Shown here piece after piece: positions 10,604-24,345 of a DNA stretch of 64,000 bases. The notes beneath the pieces were generated by a model. It was not told where the DNA came from. It worked only from the letters and a program-made list of their open reading frames with translations, and did not search any database. Position 1 is the first letter of the stretch. Each line of letters begins with the position of its first letter. The DNA comes from Podospora anserina (Eukaryota), in NCBI GenBank assembly GCA_017654855.1, contig JAFMPO010000001.1:558001-622000 (forward strand). The letters are read 5' to 3'. A program made the position numbers and the translations under genes.

Positions 10604-13600
10604 TGATTACTTTGGGCTCTTGCTTCCTCTCTGAAATATCTAGAGCGAAACTATATAAAAACAAGGCCTTTGGGCGATGGCGAATTAAAAATAAAAATAA
10701 AAAGGCTGCCAAAGCTCGTGACTGGTGCGCGTTTCTTTTTCTGTTGACTCGAAGAAAAAAAGGCAATGACGGGTCGGTACCTAATGGACCGAGTTGCGCT
10801 TGCTTGTCTGTTTGTTGCGTGGGCGTGATGTGTGTGTTCTTCGGGAGCAAAGTAATGCAAATCGACAATCGACAATGCGGAAATCGGGGAATCGGAAACC
10901 GCTCAGCTCACAAAAGTCACGGGAAGGCGGATGGATTGCAAATATGCTCGCCGCAATCCCAATACACAGTTGGCTTATTGCTTCGCCTTCCTGCCACCTA
11001 ACAAGCAGGATTAGAAACGGACAAAGTGCTCAAGCTCGGTCAAAGAGGGGCGGCCAGAACACACAAGGACCTTTCTCGTGTGTCTATGTGATTCACTAGA
11101 CTAGGACTAGGAGGTTGGTAACCATACCTTAAGCACTACTGATTTCTGATATCTCAAAATGTACGTCATGTTTCCCGCTGTGACGGTGTGACTCCTCTCC
11201 GGCGGGCGGAGGCGGCGAACAAACCCATGATGGCCCCATGTCCCATTGGCCCATTGCGGGCAGCGTATCACAGCCCAGCTGTCAGCCCAAAAGAGCCAGA
11301 AAGCGCCCCCCCAGCGGAGTCGCTAAAATCATTGTCAAAAACCGTTGGCCAAAGCGTTTACATCTCCACCACGAGACCCACTCCTTACCTGCCTGCGTTC
11401 TTTCTGTTCAGTTTAGTGGACTTTCTTTCAACCTCCCTTGCAAAAGACACCCTCACACAAAGACCGTATCTTGTGCTTCCCTCTTCGGAGAGGGGTGGGC
11501 AAGTGCACCGTTGCCTAGAGCCTAAATTTTCTCCTTGAAATCTTTAGTCCTTTCAGCTTATCCAGGTGGCTTACCCCCCTAGGTTCTCCGGATCATCCCG
11601 AGAATAGAGAGCTCTCACACGAGGTTGCGAGATGCGCCTGTCCCGTGTCCAGCTTCCAGGTTGCCAGGGGAAAAAAAAGGGGGGGGAGCACAGGTTGACG
11701 GCCTCTCATTGGATTTGTTCTTTTCGTTTTCTGCAGCAACACTGCCCAATTTTGCTTCTATTGTCTCTTCGGCATCGTAAACACCTATCAGGTTTGCATG
11801 CCTTTCCATTCGTCTGAAAAGTCTGCTCTTGCCTGCTTGCACCCGGAAGGCCCGAGATAGATGACTTGAATCAAGCAGAAACAGGCGATCTGATAACAAC
11901 AACAACAACCAAGGAGTCAAATGTGGGGCGGGCTAGATATCACAACCGTCATTAGCCTCTATCGTGAACGACCTGCCAGTGAGTGACAGATTGGCCATGC
12001 TTCTATCTCATGTCATACATGAACATCATGCCTCACCTCAACTCTCTCTTTGAGTTAAGTCAGTCCCTTTGTTCTGGGTCTTGGAGATGGCTGTTAGAGG
12101 CAAAGGGTGTGTATTGAGCGCATCGATACTTACTACATGTACGTCGACTACCCACACCCATCAGCATCTTGGCCATGACACACTCCATGGCATTCTCTGC
12201 CGCTGCATGTGGCTGGCTTCAATATTGACTTTCCGCAGCGAGAGGGGGAGGTCAACACGAGACACCTCACCTCTCACAAACCTGCGGCACTGTCAGGACG
12301 GGTACCTCTCACAAAAGTCGAATACATACCATCGTCCTGAGAACACGGGGCGCCGGATCGGACCATTTACACAGAACAGCGTCGGACAAGGAGGCCAAGT
12401 CGCCATCTGCCATTTTGACAGGCAAGGAGGGAAAATAGGCCCTTCTATGGAGTCGGTCCTTCCACATCATTGCCCCTCATGATGACAGTGCTGATTGATG
12501 ATCATGACCCCCTCAGCATTGCTGCTATTCTTGGCGTTTGACCGAAAGGCCTTTCGATGGCTGTGAATATGCCCTTTTCTCACGAATCGGGTCACGTCTT
12601 CGGGGTCAGGGATCTTTCCCGCTGGCCGTTCGGGGCCGAAGTGATATGGTAGCCTCTCCCCATGGTTTGCTATCATGGTTCAGCTGGCTGCAAACTCTTC
12701 CCTGCAAACTTTGATTGCTCTACGGTCTTTCCGCACCCTCCGAGGGGCTGCATGCCATGTTGAACAAGACAATCCCCTGTCCACCACGTTTAGCTGGCTG
12801 ATCAAATGTCTTGTATCGTGGGTAGGCGCGGCTGGGTACTGACTTGGAACCCTTCGATGAGACTTCCTGGGCGTATCAGATCCTGTCTGTCTCTGATGAG
12901 TGGCTTGATCAGAGAAGCCCAGAGCCCCTGTTTTCCATCTTCACATCCTGGCTTCGGCCACGTGAGAGCAACGACAACGGCCGGAATGAATCCACCCCAG
13001 CCCCTTCCACCCCCAGCACTGGGGGGGGGAGAGGTGGCAACCACGGATCCTGTTCTGGGATCCATCGAGCCTCGGCGCCGCCCGCATCCGTCTGTGAGAC
13101 CACGCAGTTCCTTGACAGCACCAAGCCGATAACATGTGTTCGCACGAGACAAGAAAGCCCATCCCTGAGCTTGTCAGCAGGGAGAGGCCAAGTAAGCTCT
13201 CCAACATGGCCTGTGGTACGATGCCACGAAAAACCTGGAGAAAAGCACCTGGCGGTGGTCGTCCCTCCTCTTGGACGCCTCGTCCCGGCAGGCCGAAGGG
13301 CTCGATGCGCGTGATGACACGCTTGTATGACGAGCAGCTGCGCGACGCGGTCTTCCAGACAAATCCTAAGCCAGTCGTCCGTCGCTCGCTCCGCAATCCC
13401 TGACCCCTTATATTGCTGTTTTGCGTCATGTTGCCCCTGTAAACAAGCGCTTGCCACGTAGTGTATATCGCGTCGGCGAACCGGAGACCATCATCACGTT
13501 CTTCCCAGAGAAACAGGTGCCAGCCACCCAGCGCTTGCCAATCTCCGCAAATCGATCGCCGTGTCCGCCTGGTTAGACTTGATCACGGAGCTTCTCTCGT

Positions 13601-16600
13601 TGATCACCGCATGAGACGCGCAGTCGTGCCATGGTCAGTTTCGACGCGGTGTAGGGTCTTGTGGCAAAGGAAGCGGTCCATGCTGTGAGAGTCTGGGCCT
13701 GACCGAGAAGAAGCCTGCCGGACCCGATTTGGACTGAGTTAGCGAACAAAACCGGAAGCAAGGTCAAACAAGAACCTACATTCGGAGAGAGGGAGGGGTG
13801 TTGCGCAACCTCAGTCGAGCGCAACCTACCTGAACGAGACTCTCCCAGCTGCGAGTCCTCGTCCACCGGTTCTCCTTTGGGTAGGAAGCACACTGGCAGC
13901 TTGCAAACCATCTGTGGTGGGAGCTCCCGAGGAACTGGATCCAATGTAGATATTTCATCTGTTTGAGACCGGCTGGTCACTCAAAGGGGGGCTTCTTCCC
14001 GTCCGATTGTACATCGACACGCGTGTCGCCGCGTTGCCCGTTGTTGTCCCAACATTATTCCGCCTACCTTCCGACGCGAACTCAGCCGATCGTAGTTCTT
14101 AGCGGATGATATCGCTGAGGCACACCTCACGACCGCTGATGTTGACAACTGGGGATCTCAATGGAGGGAAAAAAAAAAAAAAAAGGGTGCACGCTCTGAT
14201 TGGGGGCCTTGTATGCACTCCAGCTCCAGTGCAGAATGGTATAGCCCCTTTTCTTCCTCTGAAGAGGGAGAGTTTCTGTGTCACCTGTAGATGGGGGCCT
14301 GATTGGGTGGGACTCTCCCTCGTTCCTTCCGAACATGAACCGAAAGGGAAGGAGGTTCTTCGTTTTCAGAAGACAGATGGAAGGAAGGCTGGGCTGATAA
14401 GCAACGTCTAGATTCTCGATGTGATATGTCAGATGCACTTTGTTGAGCCTCGAGTATGCAGTCGTGGACATGACCTGGGCACGTTTCAAGGGCACTACGT
14501 TCGAGCCTAAAGCTCCGAGTTCCGGCCACACTGAGAGGTATGACTGCCTTGTATCAGCATTCGGTCAGGCCCGGGCTGGTCTGCTGCATAGGTCTTTCGC
14601 TGGGCATCATCCAGGCTCCCTTGCCATACTTCGTGAACTCAAAGAGGGCCCATCAACTTGCGTTCTGCCAAGAGACATACGAACATCATGGGCGTTAGTA
14701 TTTCCGAAAGTTACTGGTCCTGAGGTGTGAAGCCACGAATACCCGGGGCAAGCAGGTTGAGGCTTACGAGATTGTAAGTGAATTTGAGGACAGGCCGAGA
14801 GAAGTAGCGCTGTACGGAATCTGCAGGCGAACAAGGTGAAGGACCCAGTTCATATAACGGACCTCTGAAGTGAAATCGTCCACACTGAAGTTGGGTTGGG
14901 AAAAGTACCCTATGTCCCAACCAGGAGGACTCTCATTCCAGTCCGGCGGTAAGACTGAGGAACTTGACAGTACATGCGCCATCCGAAAGGTACCTTGTCG
15001 TACTGGCCTGTCTCGTTGAACGCACCCCGAGTCGTGTAAGCGGACTGGGAGGAGCCTCCGCTTCTCTGGGCGTCTGCTAAAATATCCCGCTGCCAGCATC
15101 AGGCTCACTCATGCTCAGAGAGCCACACCACCATCGGGAGCTGCAGGATGACATAGAGCAAGGGTGCCCCATGATTTGAAGGCCGGCCATCTCGTCAAGC
15201 GCGGATCTTCCAAATCGGCGAAGGAAGGTGATGCAGTCGGGCAGCAAAAGGGCTTCCAAAAGTGCATATTCAAGACCATTGGGATGATCTACCATCGTCA
15301 TGATATGTTCAACGGATGGCTTGGGAGGCAGGCACATATATTGGTGGCAAAGTGATTTTGTTGTAGCTAACCAACACCAACATCACGCCCAACCAACGCA
15401 ATCTCCGCAGCGGTAGGCGCCATTTCTAGGATCAAATGAACCAAGCGTTGATACCTAACGAGAGGTTGATCGCGAGCTCAAAACGAATGCCATGGCCGTT
15501 CATGGCTGCAGCGTTGACGAGATAGTGGTGTGGTGGTGTGCTTGCTCTCGTGCGTATGGCTGAACATATTGACAGGGACGGCCTGGAGTGAGAGGAGAGG
15601 TGGAGGGGCCCACAAGAAAGGTTATAGAAGTATTGGTGCTGAGGAAGAGACTGAAGTGAGCGGAATGGCATCTCGCCGACCGCAGGGACTGTCTTCCAGG
15701 CACCTCACGAACGCGTCGTTTCTGACCGGCCTCGATGGTCGCACCCCTCTGGCGTGGCTGGGGCTGCATCCACCAATCGTCTCGTCGAAATGACTGCCAT
15801 ATCCGGCTCTGACGTGGTAACCGGTGAGCAAAGTTCGATCACGATGGACCATGGAGCTGTGTAGGGTGACCCCAGATGCCAAAGTCCGCAATGGGTGCCG
15901 ACTGGAGTTTGGGGCTCGATTTTCCCTTCGCTGTAAGCGGGCCTGGCTTAGTGCTTCAAATCGCAGTGATCCCATATAATGCAAGAGAGAGCAAGCCGAT
16001 TGTATCGTCACATGTCGAAAACTTCGCGTGAGTTCAAGCCAAAAAGATACGAGGGCCAATGTCACTGTAGCCACCCAGATATTCAGACACGCATGCCTGC
16101 TGCCTTAGCCTCAGGGGCGTTGTAGGTGGTTGTTCATCCCAAGTGAGTGAGGCAGACTGGACTAGGTACCCAGACAATGGGCATCCATATCTGATAGAAA
16201 GGATCGGGTGATTAAACCCCGCGATGGGTAATGCGATGGGGTGACCAAAACCCAAAGATGGGTCTGACCGGAGGAGATCAAGGTAACGATAGGTTGAAAC
16301 CATTGGGTTTCTCTCCCAGATACCCTTGGTCTTGTTCATTCTCGCTTTAGATGCGTTGCTCCTTACCTGCCCGGATGGTGTTGTCGGTCTTGCCTGCAGG
16401 AAGTAATGCAGCACGGAAAGAAAAGCCGCGCGCGCAAATAAACGAGATAGGTTCTCTGCTAGCAAGTCTCCGTGTTTTGGGGGTTGGTTGTGATGTAACT
16501 TTGAGATAAAAACTCAGAGTAAGACGGCTGACCACCAAAATCAGTGATCAATCGTACGTATCATGCCTCCTCAATGCATCTTCAACTCCAATCTGCGCTT

Positions 16601-19600
16601 GCCATATCGAAGCAAGGTGACATCCCTTGATGGGGACATTGGCCTAAGTGGGGCATCGTGGCGCTCCCGTGAAGAAAAGCCTTGGCATTATGACTCCACC
16701 TAGTCCCACCTACTCCACTATCTCTTGGCTGTGAAGCTGAGCTTAATTAATTGCAAGCCCAAGCCTACGCCGACAGGAGCAAACACGGGAAAGAGTCGCG
16801 AGAATAATGTGTCGTGGGGGAGAAAAGCGATGAGGGTAAGGTCATAGCAGATAGGGAAAACTCCCTACTACAAAGGAAAAAGAGAAAGAAAGACTGAGAT
16901 GTTTGTAGGCTTCCCCCAGTCGCTTCTGGAATGACGGGAAGGATAACTCATCAAGGACAAGCTCGAGGCCAACTATCAGTTTCTCACATCAAGAAAGCTC
17001 CCTTCCGAAACCTCCCGGGTCCAGATCCGCTCCTCCTACTTTTCTCCCGTACTTAGCCGACGAAACGGGACGTACATCCTGGAGAGCCAAGCAAGCAAAC
17101 CACAATGTCGTCCATCACCCTAGACATGCACCCCGTGGCTTGGTGTAGCGCAGACCTGGAATCTGGGACTAGAACCATAGCTAGCTGCGCCGCCTTGTCA
17201 CGAGATCTGGAGTTGTGACGCACTACTTGACAGCAGCGGTACGAGCAGGAAAAGCAACAACACGCGAGGAAGGTTGCTAATCGTTCATGCAGGATGCGAG
17301 GTTGCGTTGTCTGGATATGGAAATTTTGAAAGGTGGAACAAGAGCTGCTTGGCTCCAAATAGCCTCATGGTTCGCCGGGCTGCGTCGCTCAAAGAGACCC
17401 TTGGTTTTTTCGAAAGCTGGGGGTGAGATGAGGTGTCACATGGCACAAGATCTGGAAAGCAGGGGAGAGGTGGCCAGGACGGGGCACGCGCATATCATTG
17501 TTCTGAGGCGCCCGCTGTGTCTTGGTTCATGATCAGCCCTCAGGTCGGCATGCGGCAACGGGTCCGGCGACGACCGAGCGGGCCCTCCAGCTCTCTTTGG
17601 TCGCGAGGTCAGCATGGCACCCAGTGATACTATCATCTACCGCAGCGGTGGATATGCCAGGGTCTTTAAGAGAATTTGGCGTGCACACAACCTCTGGCTG
17701 ATTTCAGCCTGTTGCGTAATGAGCACCGCATCAACCGTCGCTAACGGCCCGAGCCGTCACTTCTCCAGTATGGGCATATCAACAGACAAATCAAGCACCC
17801 TCAGTTGTTGACGAGGGTGTTGACTTGGGCTCTAGAAAGAACCTGTCGCCGGGAAACGGCGAGAATGAAGAGGTAGTGGGATATCCAGGATAGCATCCCC
17901 GACAAGATCTCGTAAAGTCCAAGCTGGAAGCGGCCATCCTGTTCATCTTCAGGGGAAGTGCTTGGGTGCAGATTCCGCCCTCATGACGATATGGATGAGA
18001 ATCATCAATTCAATCATTGCCATCCATGCTTGATTGGGCTTCTAGCACTCGGTCTGATGAACCAATCACTACCAGGATTCGCCCCAAGCTCCCTCATGTC
18101 TGGAGGAAACGGCCGAAAGGCCATCACACCTGAAACAAGGGAGCTACCCGCACTGGAAAGGCTCCAGCAGGTTTTGCTGCCAACACCGGATTGGCGGGTG
18201 GGTGGGTGCATCAATTCGAAGGAGACGGCAAGCTGCACAAACGACATATTATCCAATCGTCCACCCGTACTGGCCCGTTTGACGATCCAGTGTCATCAGC
18301 TCATACCGACCATGCACCAGGGCAACACGAGGAGATCCCGACTTTCCCTCTTCGAGAAGCTCACGGTGTATTTTTGGGCCTCTTCAGATGGCCGTGTTTT
18401 GCAAAGGATGGAAAGGCTCGGGTACAGATAGAGCTAGTTGGGTTGAGTATCACTTCCATGTCCGTCTTTCGGCTGCTCACCGGGGAAGCGTTCGAAAAAC
18501 CTTCTTCGCCGTGATATTGCACACACAGGCTGGATCAACGCCTCCCATTGCTTCTCTTGCATTTTCTGTTGATACGGGAAATGCGAGCTACCGCGAGGCT
18601 TTTCATGCTCCGTCTCCACCACAAGCCGTCAGCGGTTGTGCTCCTTGAGGCTGTCCGGTTGCTTGTGGGGCTGGCTGTCAATCTTGAGGCTCCGAGCTGT
18701 GGTTACGATAGGAGAAGCCCCCAGAGTCTCGAACTGGTACAATCTTTGGAAGCGGGCTTCAGTCGCCAAATTCTCACGTGCCGGGTCGAAATGTCTACCA
18801 TTTTGAGTAGCACAGCGCTGTATGGGCTTGTCTCTGATTCCGCTGCATGGATTATTGTCGGCAACGGCCGAACACGTCAAGGCTTATAGGGCCGAAGACC
18901 AGAGGTGCGCTCCATTGAAAGCCAGCATCCAGTGTTTTGACCTTGGAAGGCCGCACAAGAGACGGACTGGAATCGGCCCTGCCCGCCTGTCTGGTCAAGG
19001 TCCGACTAGCTCTTCTGCGCGATGGGCTCTGGCGGGGGCTTCACCTTGACATACGGAACAACACGCTGCCGCTGCTATACGCCAACCCACCTAGCGCAAT
19101 TTCTGTTACCTACAGTGCAGCGCGAGATGCGGCCGGATTCGCAACTCGCGGTTCCGATTCCCTGGCAGGCTCAGAAGGGGACACGGTGAAGAGAGCGGGT
19201 GAGTGGTGCAGGGCGGGTCTCTTGTCGAGCCTGTCATCAAAGAGGTTGTCATATGGCTGCAACTATCCGTGCTGGACTGGCTTCTGGCCTAGCAAAACCG
19301 TCAGTCAAATCAACCAAAGGGTGTTTGTGGCGCTCCTTAAGGACATTCTCACGGTAGGGTACTTGCATATCTGATGCATGGAAGACGAGACCGCAGAAGC
19401 TCGTAGGGTAGTGACCTTGTTTTCGACCTGGGCCACCTGCTACAGATACCTCGAGATTTTGTCGGGATACTCGCTGTTGAGCCCACGCCCCCCCCTGTCG
19501 AAATGGAGCAACGACGCCTACATACTGGTAGGCAGTTAACCTTTGAGTCGGTACTTGTCGCCCTATTTACGATCGCTATGACCTCGTGCTCACCTGGGTC

Positions 19601-22004
19601 AGATCTAGCACATGAGGAGGAAGGGAAGGGGCGTGTGCCAGTGGCGAGTTTTGATCCTCGACCCGAGTTTGCTTGCCTGAGGCTTTCAAAGACAGGAGTA
19701 GAGAGGGTCATGGGCCTGCAACTAGAGCGGCTTCTTGCTTTGCTTGTCCAGTGCGGTCCTTTCGCCCGAATCTGAGCTGGCAGAGGTGGCCTTGCTTGTC
19801 CACAAACTTACATGGGGGTTAGCTGACCGGGGGGGCAAGATTCTACCGGAGACTCGGCCATGATGCCAGGAGGAACGCAATCTAAACCCCTCCATCAGGT
19901 CTTGCCCGAGATAGAGTATCAAGGTTCGGTTTTCGATGCTTGTCTTTTATTTTAAAAAAGACCGGGGCTCTCCTCTCGTTCCGCTCAGTTTGTCCTCGTT
20001 GTCATTGTCTCAAAATTCTGCGGAACACGGGCTGCTCGATCTGGGCTTAAGAAGGCACAGGAACCCCTACCGAAGCCACCGTCTTCAAGGCAAACTACCC
20101 TCATTCTCGTCCCCATCCACCATACGCCGCGCTAGCTCTGGAGACGCTTCACCGATTCTTCTCTGTACGACCCCGCTGTGCCATTTGGGCCACCGGCAAC
20201 AGGCCCCCTTTTCTCCCTCAAGCCCGTGCGAATCGATCTCAAGCCACGACTCTAGGGTCAACAACGATTTTCTCGACATCGGCACGATCTCAGATCCTGC
20301 ACTGAAAGCTCGCACGGCGTGCCTGCATCATCAGCACGACTCGAGAGAGAGCGTTTTCGAAACAAAGAAAGGGGCTCCTATCGGTTGTCACAAGCGCCAC
20401 AGGCTTCTAGAAATACGCAAAGCCGTCTGGCAGAAGGGAAAGGCCCAGGCACGAGATTATCGCAGCGGCTCGTCCCGTTCTACCCTGCTCAGAAGCTCCG
20501 AACCCTACCCAGCGAGATCGACCCGCCTTTCAGCGCCGTTGATACGCAGAAACTAGGCTCGTCTTCAGAGGAACTCGGTCGAGGTAAGCACATCGATTTG
20601 TTCTTCTAACATGTTTGAGTCATATCAAAAATGTTTCCTCTGCTTGGCCCTTTCGGTCCGATCTGTTCTCATGGAGAAGGTCGAGAAACGGGTTCAGAGA
20701 GCCAGCCAGCTGGAACGCTCAGTCTCGCGGGATTCCGACCCGAATGCAACAACAGATGCCTCACTTTCCTGCATGAAGGCACAAGGCGCCGAGCAATCAG
20801 AGAAGTCGGCGAGATTTAGTCTGAATACGGATCCCGATTCTACATGGACTCATCTGGGACCGCATGGAGGTGCATTTCCCCCCGAGCAAAGAGGACTGGG
20901 CTGGTCCAAGAAACTCGGAGCCCAAAGCCAAGAAATATCTGCATCGGAACAAACGAGCTCGAAAATAGCATCAAGACCTCAACGGACTAAGCGAGTGTTG
21001 GATGATCTCAGATGATTCTCCATCCCGCTCTCGGTGCCACCTTCGTCGAACTCTAATCAGACGACACAAGTCAACCTGGAACATGGCCGAGCTTGCTCAC
21101 CCAGGGACCTACCTGTTCCCAACTCTCTGCAGTTGCTCGACAGGGTTGGTCTGATGTTCACCCGTTCGCCATCTTTTGGCCGCCGCAGTGGACCGATGAT
21201 TGTTATTGATGCGTGACTGTGAGAGGCCGGTCTGAGTCCATATGTTGACTGACAGAAGTGGTTTTGGGCAGGTAAAAACAACGGCACGACACCTTACTGT
21301 TGATGTGCAGGGCTGGTGATCTCGCGGCTTGGCAAGACAGGGGCTCGTTCTGAGGTCAGTTTAAGTTTTCTTCAGCCAATCCGCTTCTGGAACAGCACGC
21401 TGCAAGCCACACGGAAGACGATAGCTGCACACTCGGGCGGTTTTGGACAGCAGCGAAGGCACGCGAGTCGTCGGTGGTGTTCTGTCCGCAGGCCTTTCGC
21501 CGACGGCCAATCTCGCCTCGCCGTCCTCGGCATGCGCGGTCGCTTTTGCAACTACCTGTGCAGCCCCAGGGACGGCAGAGGCAACATGGACGGGCCCCGT
21601 CTACCTTCTCATGTAAGAAATCCATGAGCTGACCATGGGTGCTATCGCTACAGGCGCCGCAAACGCGAAGAGAAGAAGACCTTCTTGTCAGCAGCAAGAC
21701 ATTGCTCCCCGCTGGAGCCGAGGCGTCTCGCATGAATCAACCACTCCCCAAGGTATATCCCAATTTCTTTCTTTTTCCTTCCCTTTCAAACCCTATCTTT
21801 TCCGAGCCTTTGGATTTTAGTCCAGTTTCTGCTGTGGCTCCTGGACGACCCAACGGCGAGCACCTCTTGGCAATGGCAGTTGTACGGAGTGCCAGCCAGC
21901 CTTGCAGAACGACTCGAGCAACCAGCATCGACGGCAAGATATTTTCGGGTTCAGCGATTTGCCTCACTCGAAATCACTGTGAACAAGAAGGTCAGTAACA
22001 GCTT

Positions 22005-22043
22005 AAAAAAAACCCCCAAAAAAACCCCCAAAAAAACCACCCC
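22005..22043. repeat. Three ~12-bp A7C5 units (phased A-tracts)
   Basis: AAAAAAAACCCCC AAAAAAACCCCC AAAAAAACCACCCC read directly. Confidence 0.8.
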
Positions 22044-24345
22044 TGCGAATTGTTTCGTCGTCTTTTTCTCCATATTTTCCCCTTTCGTTCTTTGTATATT
22101 GCTATGCCAACTTGGCGAGGCTGTGGTTGGCCTTGCAGCTGTTTGGCGCCATTCTCTTTATCATTTTCAAAACACACACCTCCCATTATACCCACCACCA
22201 GCACACCCACCGTTCCACACTCGGCACACTCGACTCTCTGCACCGTTGTCATGCATCTCTTGGACTGGCCTGGGGCCCGCCCTTTCCGATCGTCGGGCCA
22301 AGGCCCGGGGGTTGCTGCATGCAGTCGCTTTCCATGCCCTCCGTTCCGACTCCCTCGTCCGTCCGTCAGTCAACTGCTCCCAGCTCTTTGGAGTTCAAGC
22401 AGACCTCCGCAGCTGCACTCATCCCAGCATCCCCGAGATGATATCTCCCTTGAGCCCAGCCCCATTTCCCTTCTTCGTCCACCCAGCAGCCGCGGCGAGT
22501 TTGCCAAGCGAGAGGAATGACATATTCTATCTGGGTTGGCATTTCCAAAGAGGAGAGAGTCAGAGCAAAAAAAAAATATAGGGTCTTTCAATGGCACATA
22601 CAAAGATGCGCGTCGCCTGAACGGGGATCTGTGTGCGACATGAGGGCTGCATCCCGGCTGCTGGGCGCGCTACGAAACCCATTGTCGGTGCTGACACTGG
22701 GTGCTGTTTCCATGCTGCTCTGCCTCTGGCCTCTTGGGGTTGGTGAGGTTGCACCAAAATTCGGACTAGCCAACCAGGAGCTCGCAGGACATTACATACA
22801 CGTGTAGGTACCTCTGCACACACACCGGTACCTTGATGTACTGTTGAACACGGCAGTACGTACCTGTTGGCTCTGCCCTGCAATTGGACGGCGGCCTCGA
22901 TGCTACCTACCAACATGGTGCAATCGGGCAGGGCAGCCTGTCGAGGTACTCGCTGGGTGTTATTCGGATTGCAAGTTGGCATCCAAGGCAGCAGTGGCAG
23001 CGGAACCTAGCACCTAGCAGCATCAGCAGCTGGATGGATCGATCTCGTTGATATTTCGACCACCACTGTCACGGGCAGCAGCCAGCAGCACCGGAACGGG
23101 GACGGCACCTACCTACCTTACCTACCTTGCCTATTCATCTCGTCCATGGCTCGAAACCCATTTTCCCATCCACGCAGAGCAAACAATTCTGCCCCTCAAC
23201 GCACCGCCCCCAGCAATTGATTCAGTCTCGCTCATTCGTTCACTGCACCACTCCCCGCCTCATAAACCAGCGCGAGTTTTGATTCCATCCTCCTCACCGG
23301 TCACTGGCCAACTGCCTCGCCCCCACCACTCACCACCATTCCCTGCTCTCTCGTCGACCTCTTCCCCGCGTCTCACCTTTTTTTGTTATTTTATTTAGCT
23401 TGCGGTGTTGCTGTGAGGCCGGACTGGCAGGGCTCTTGCTAATCTAGCTCGCCAATTCAGACGCCACACAGGTTTCATTCACGCCATCCATTCGACAATC
23501 ACCACCCGCTCGTCGGCTTCTGCTTATTAGTCCCGCAACCACAACGCAGTACCCCGGGAACAAGCCATGAGATACTCTATTCGAGTGCTGCCTCTGGATC
23601 CTCGGTCCTGATTTGTCCCTGCCGTTTGCCTTCTCCACATTCACCCTCGCTCTTCCGAGTTTCTTGTTTTCTTTCGAGACCGAAGGCCACGAGAACGGAC
23701 AGACAAAAAGACACCAGCCAACACAGAAATGGGAATAGTGCTCTAACAGGTGCGTGTTATAGCAGGACTTTGAGCCCGCATCAGTCTCAGGTCCCGGACT
23801 GGGCTATCTCGATATCCCGGCTCCTACTGATCATATGTGGTACGTACGTCAATGGGCAATTTTCCATTGGTCTTTTCCTTGGGGGGCACTCGCTTTTTTT
23901 TTACTGGTAAAGGGTCCTGTGGCATTGCACTCGGTCTGTTCGTACTGCTCAAATAACAGTGCCGCGCTCTCCACCCGCAACTACACCGTTTATTTTTTCC
24001 CCTGCATTACGCTGTTTTCCACTTCTGCACCCTCTGTCTATTTTCCCTCTGCACACCCCTTCTCTTCCTTTCCCTCTTCCAGATTGGATTTCGTCAAGTA
24101 GGCCAGCGAGCGGGCAAGCATCCAAGCAAGCAGCCAGGCAAGCGTCAGTATCCCATACCCCAAGTTTCCGTTCTTGTTTTCCCCCAAGCCTCGGGCTTGC
24201 CGCATCCTCCTCATCTTGTGGCAACTGGACTTGGCCGGGGTGGGTGCCTCGAGGTGCTGTCATCTTCCTCATCTTCAACCTCGCTCGATTGCAGTGCAGC
24301 GGTGGCGGAAGAAATGGGTGCTTGCTTCGGCGCCGGACGGGTTAC

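Noticed and set aside
14015..14028. Perfect palindrome CGACACGCGTGTCG containing an MCB core
   Set aside because: About four 14-bp palindromes are expected by chance in 64 kb, and no nearby gene start.
15343..15351. GGTGGCAAA (Rpn4/PACE motif), also at 32107
   Set aside because: Not upstream of any identifiable gene; compatible with chance.
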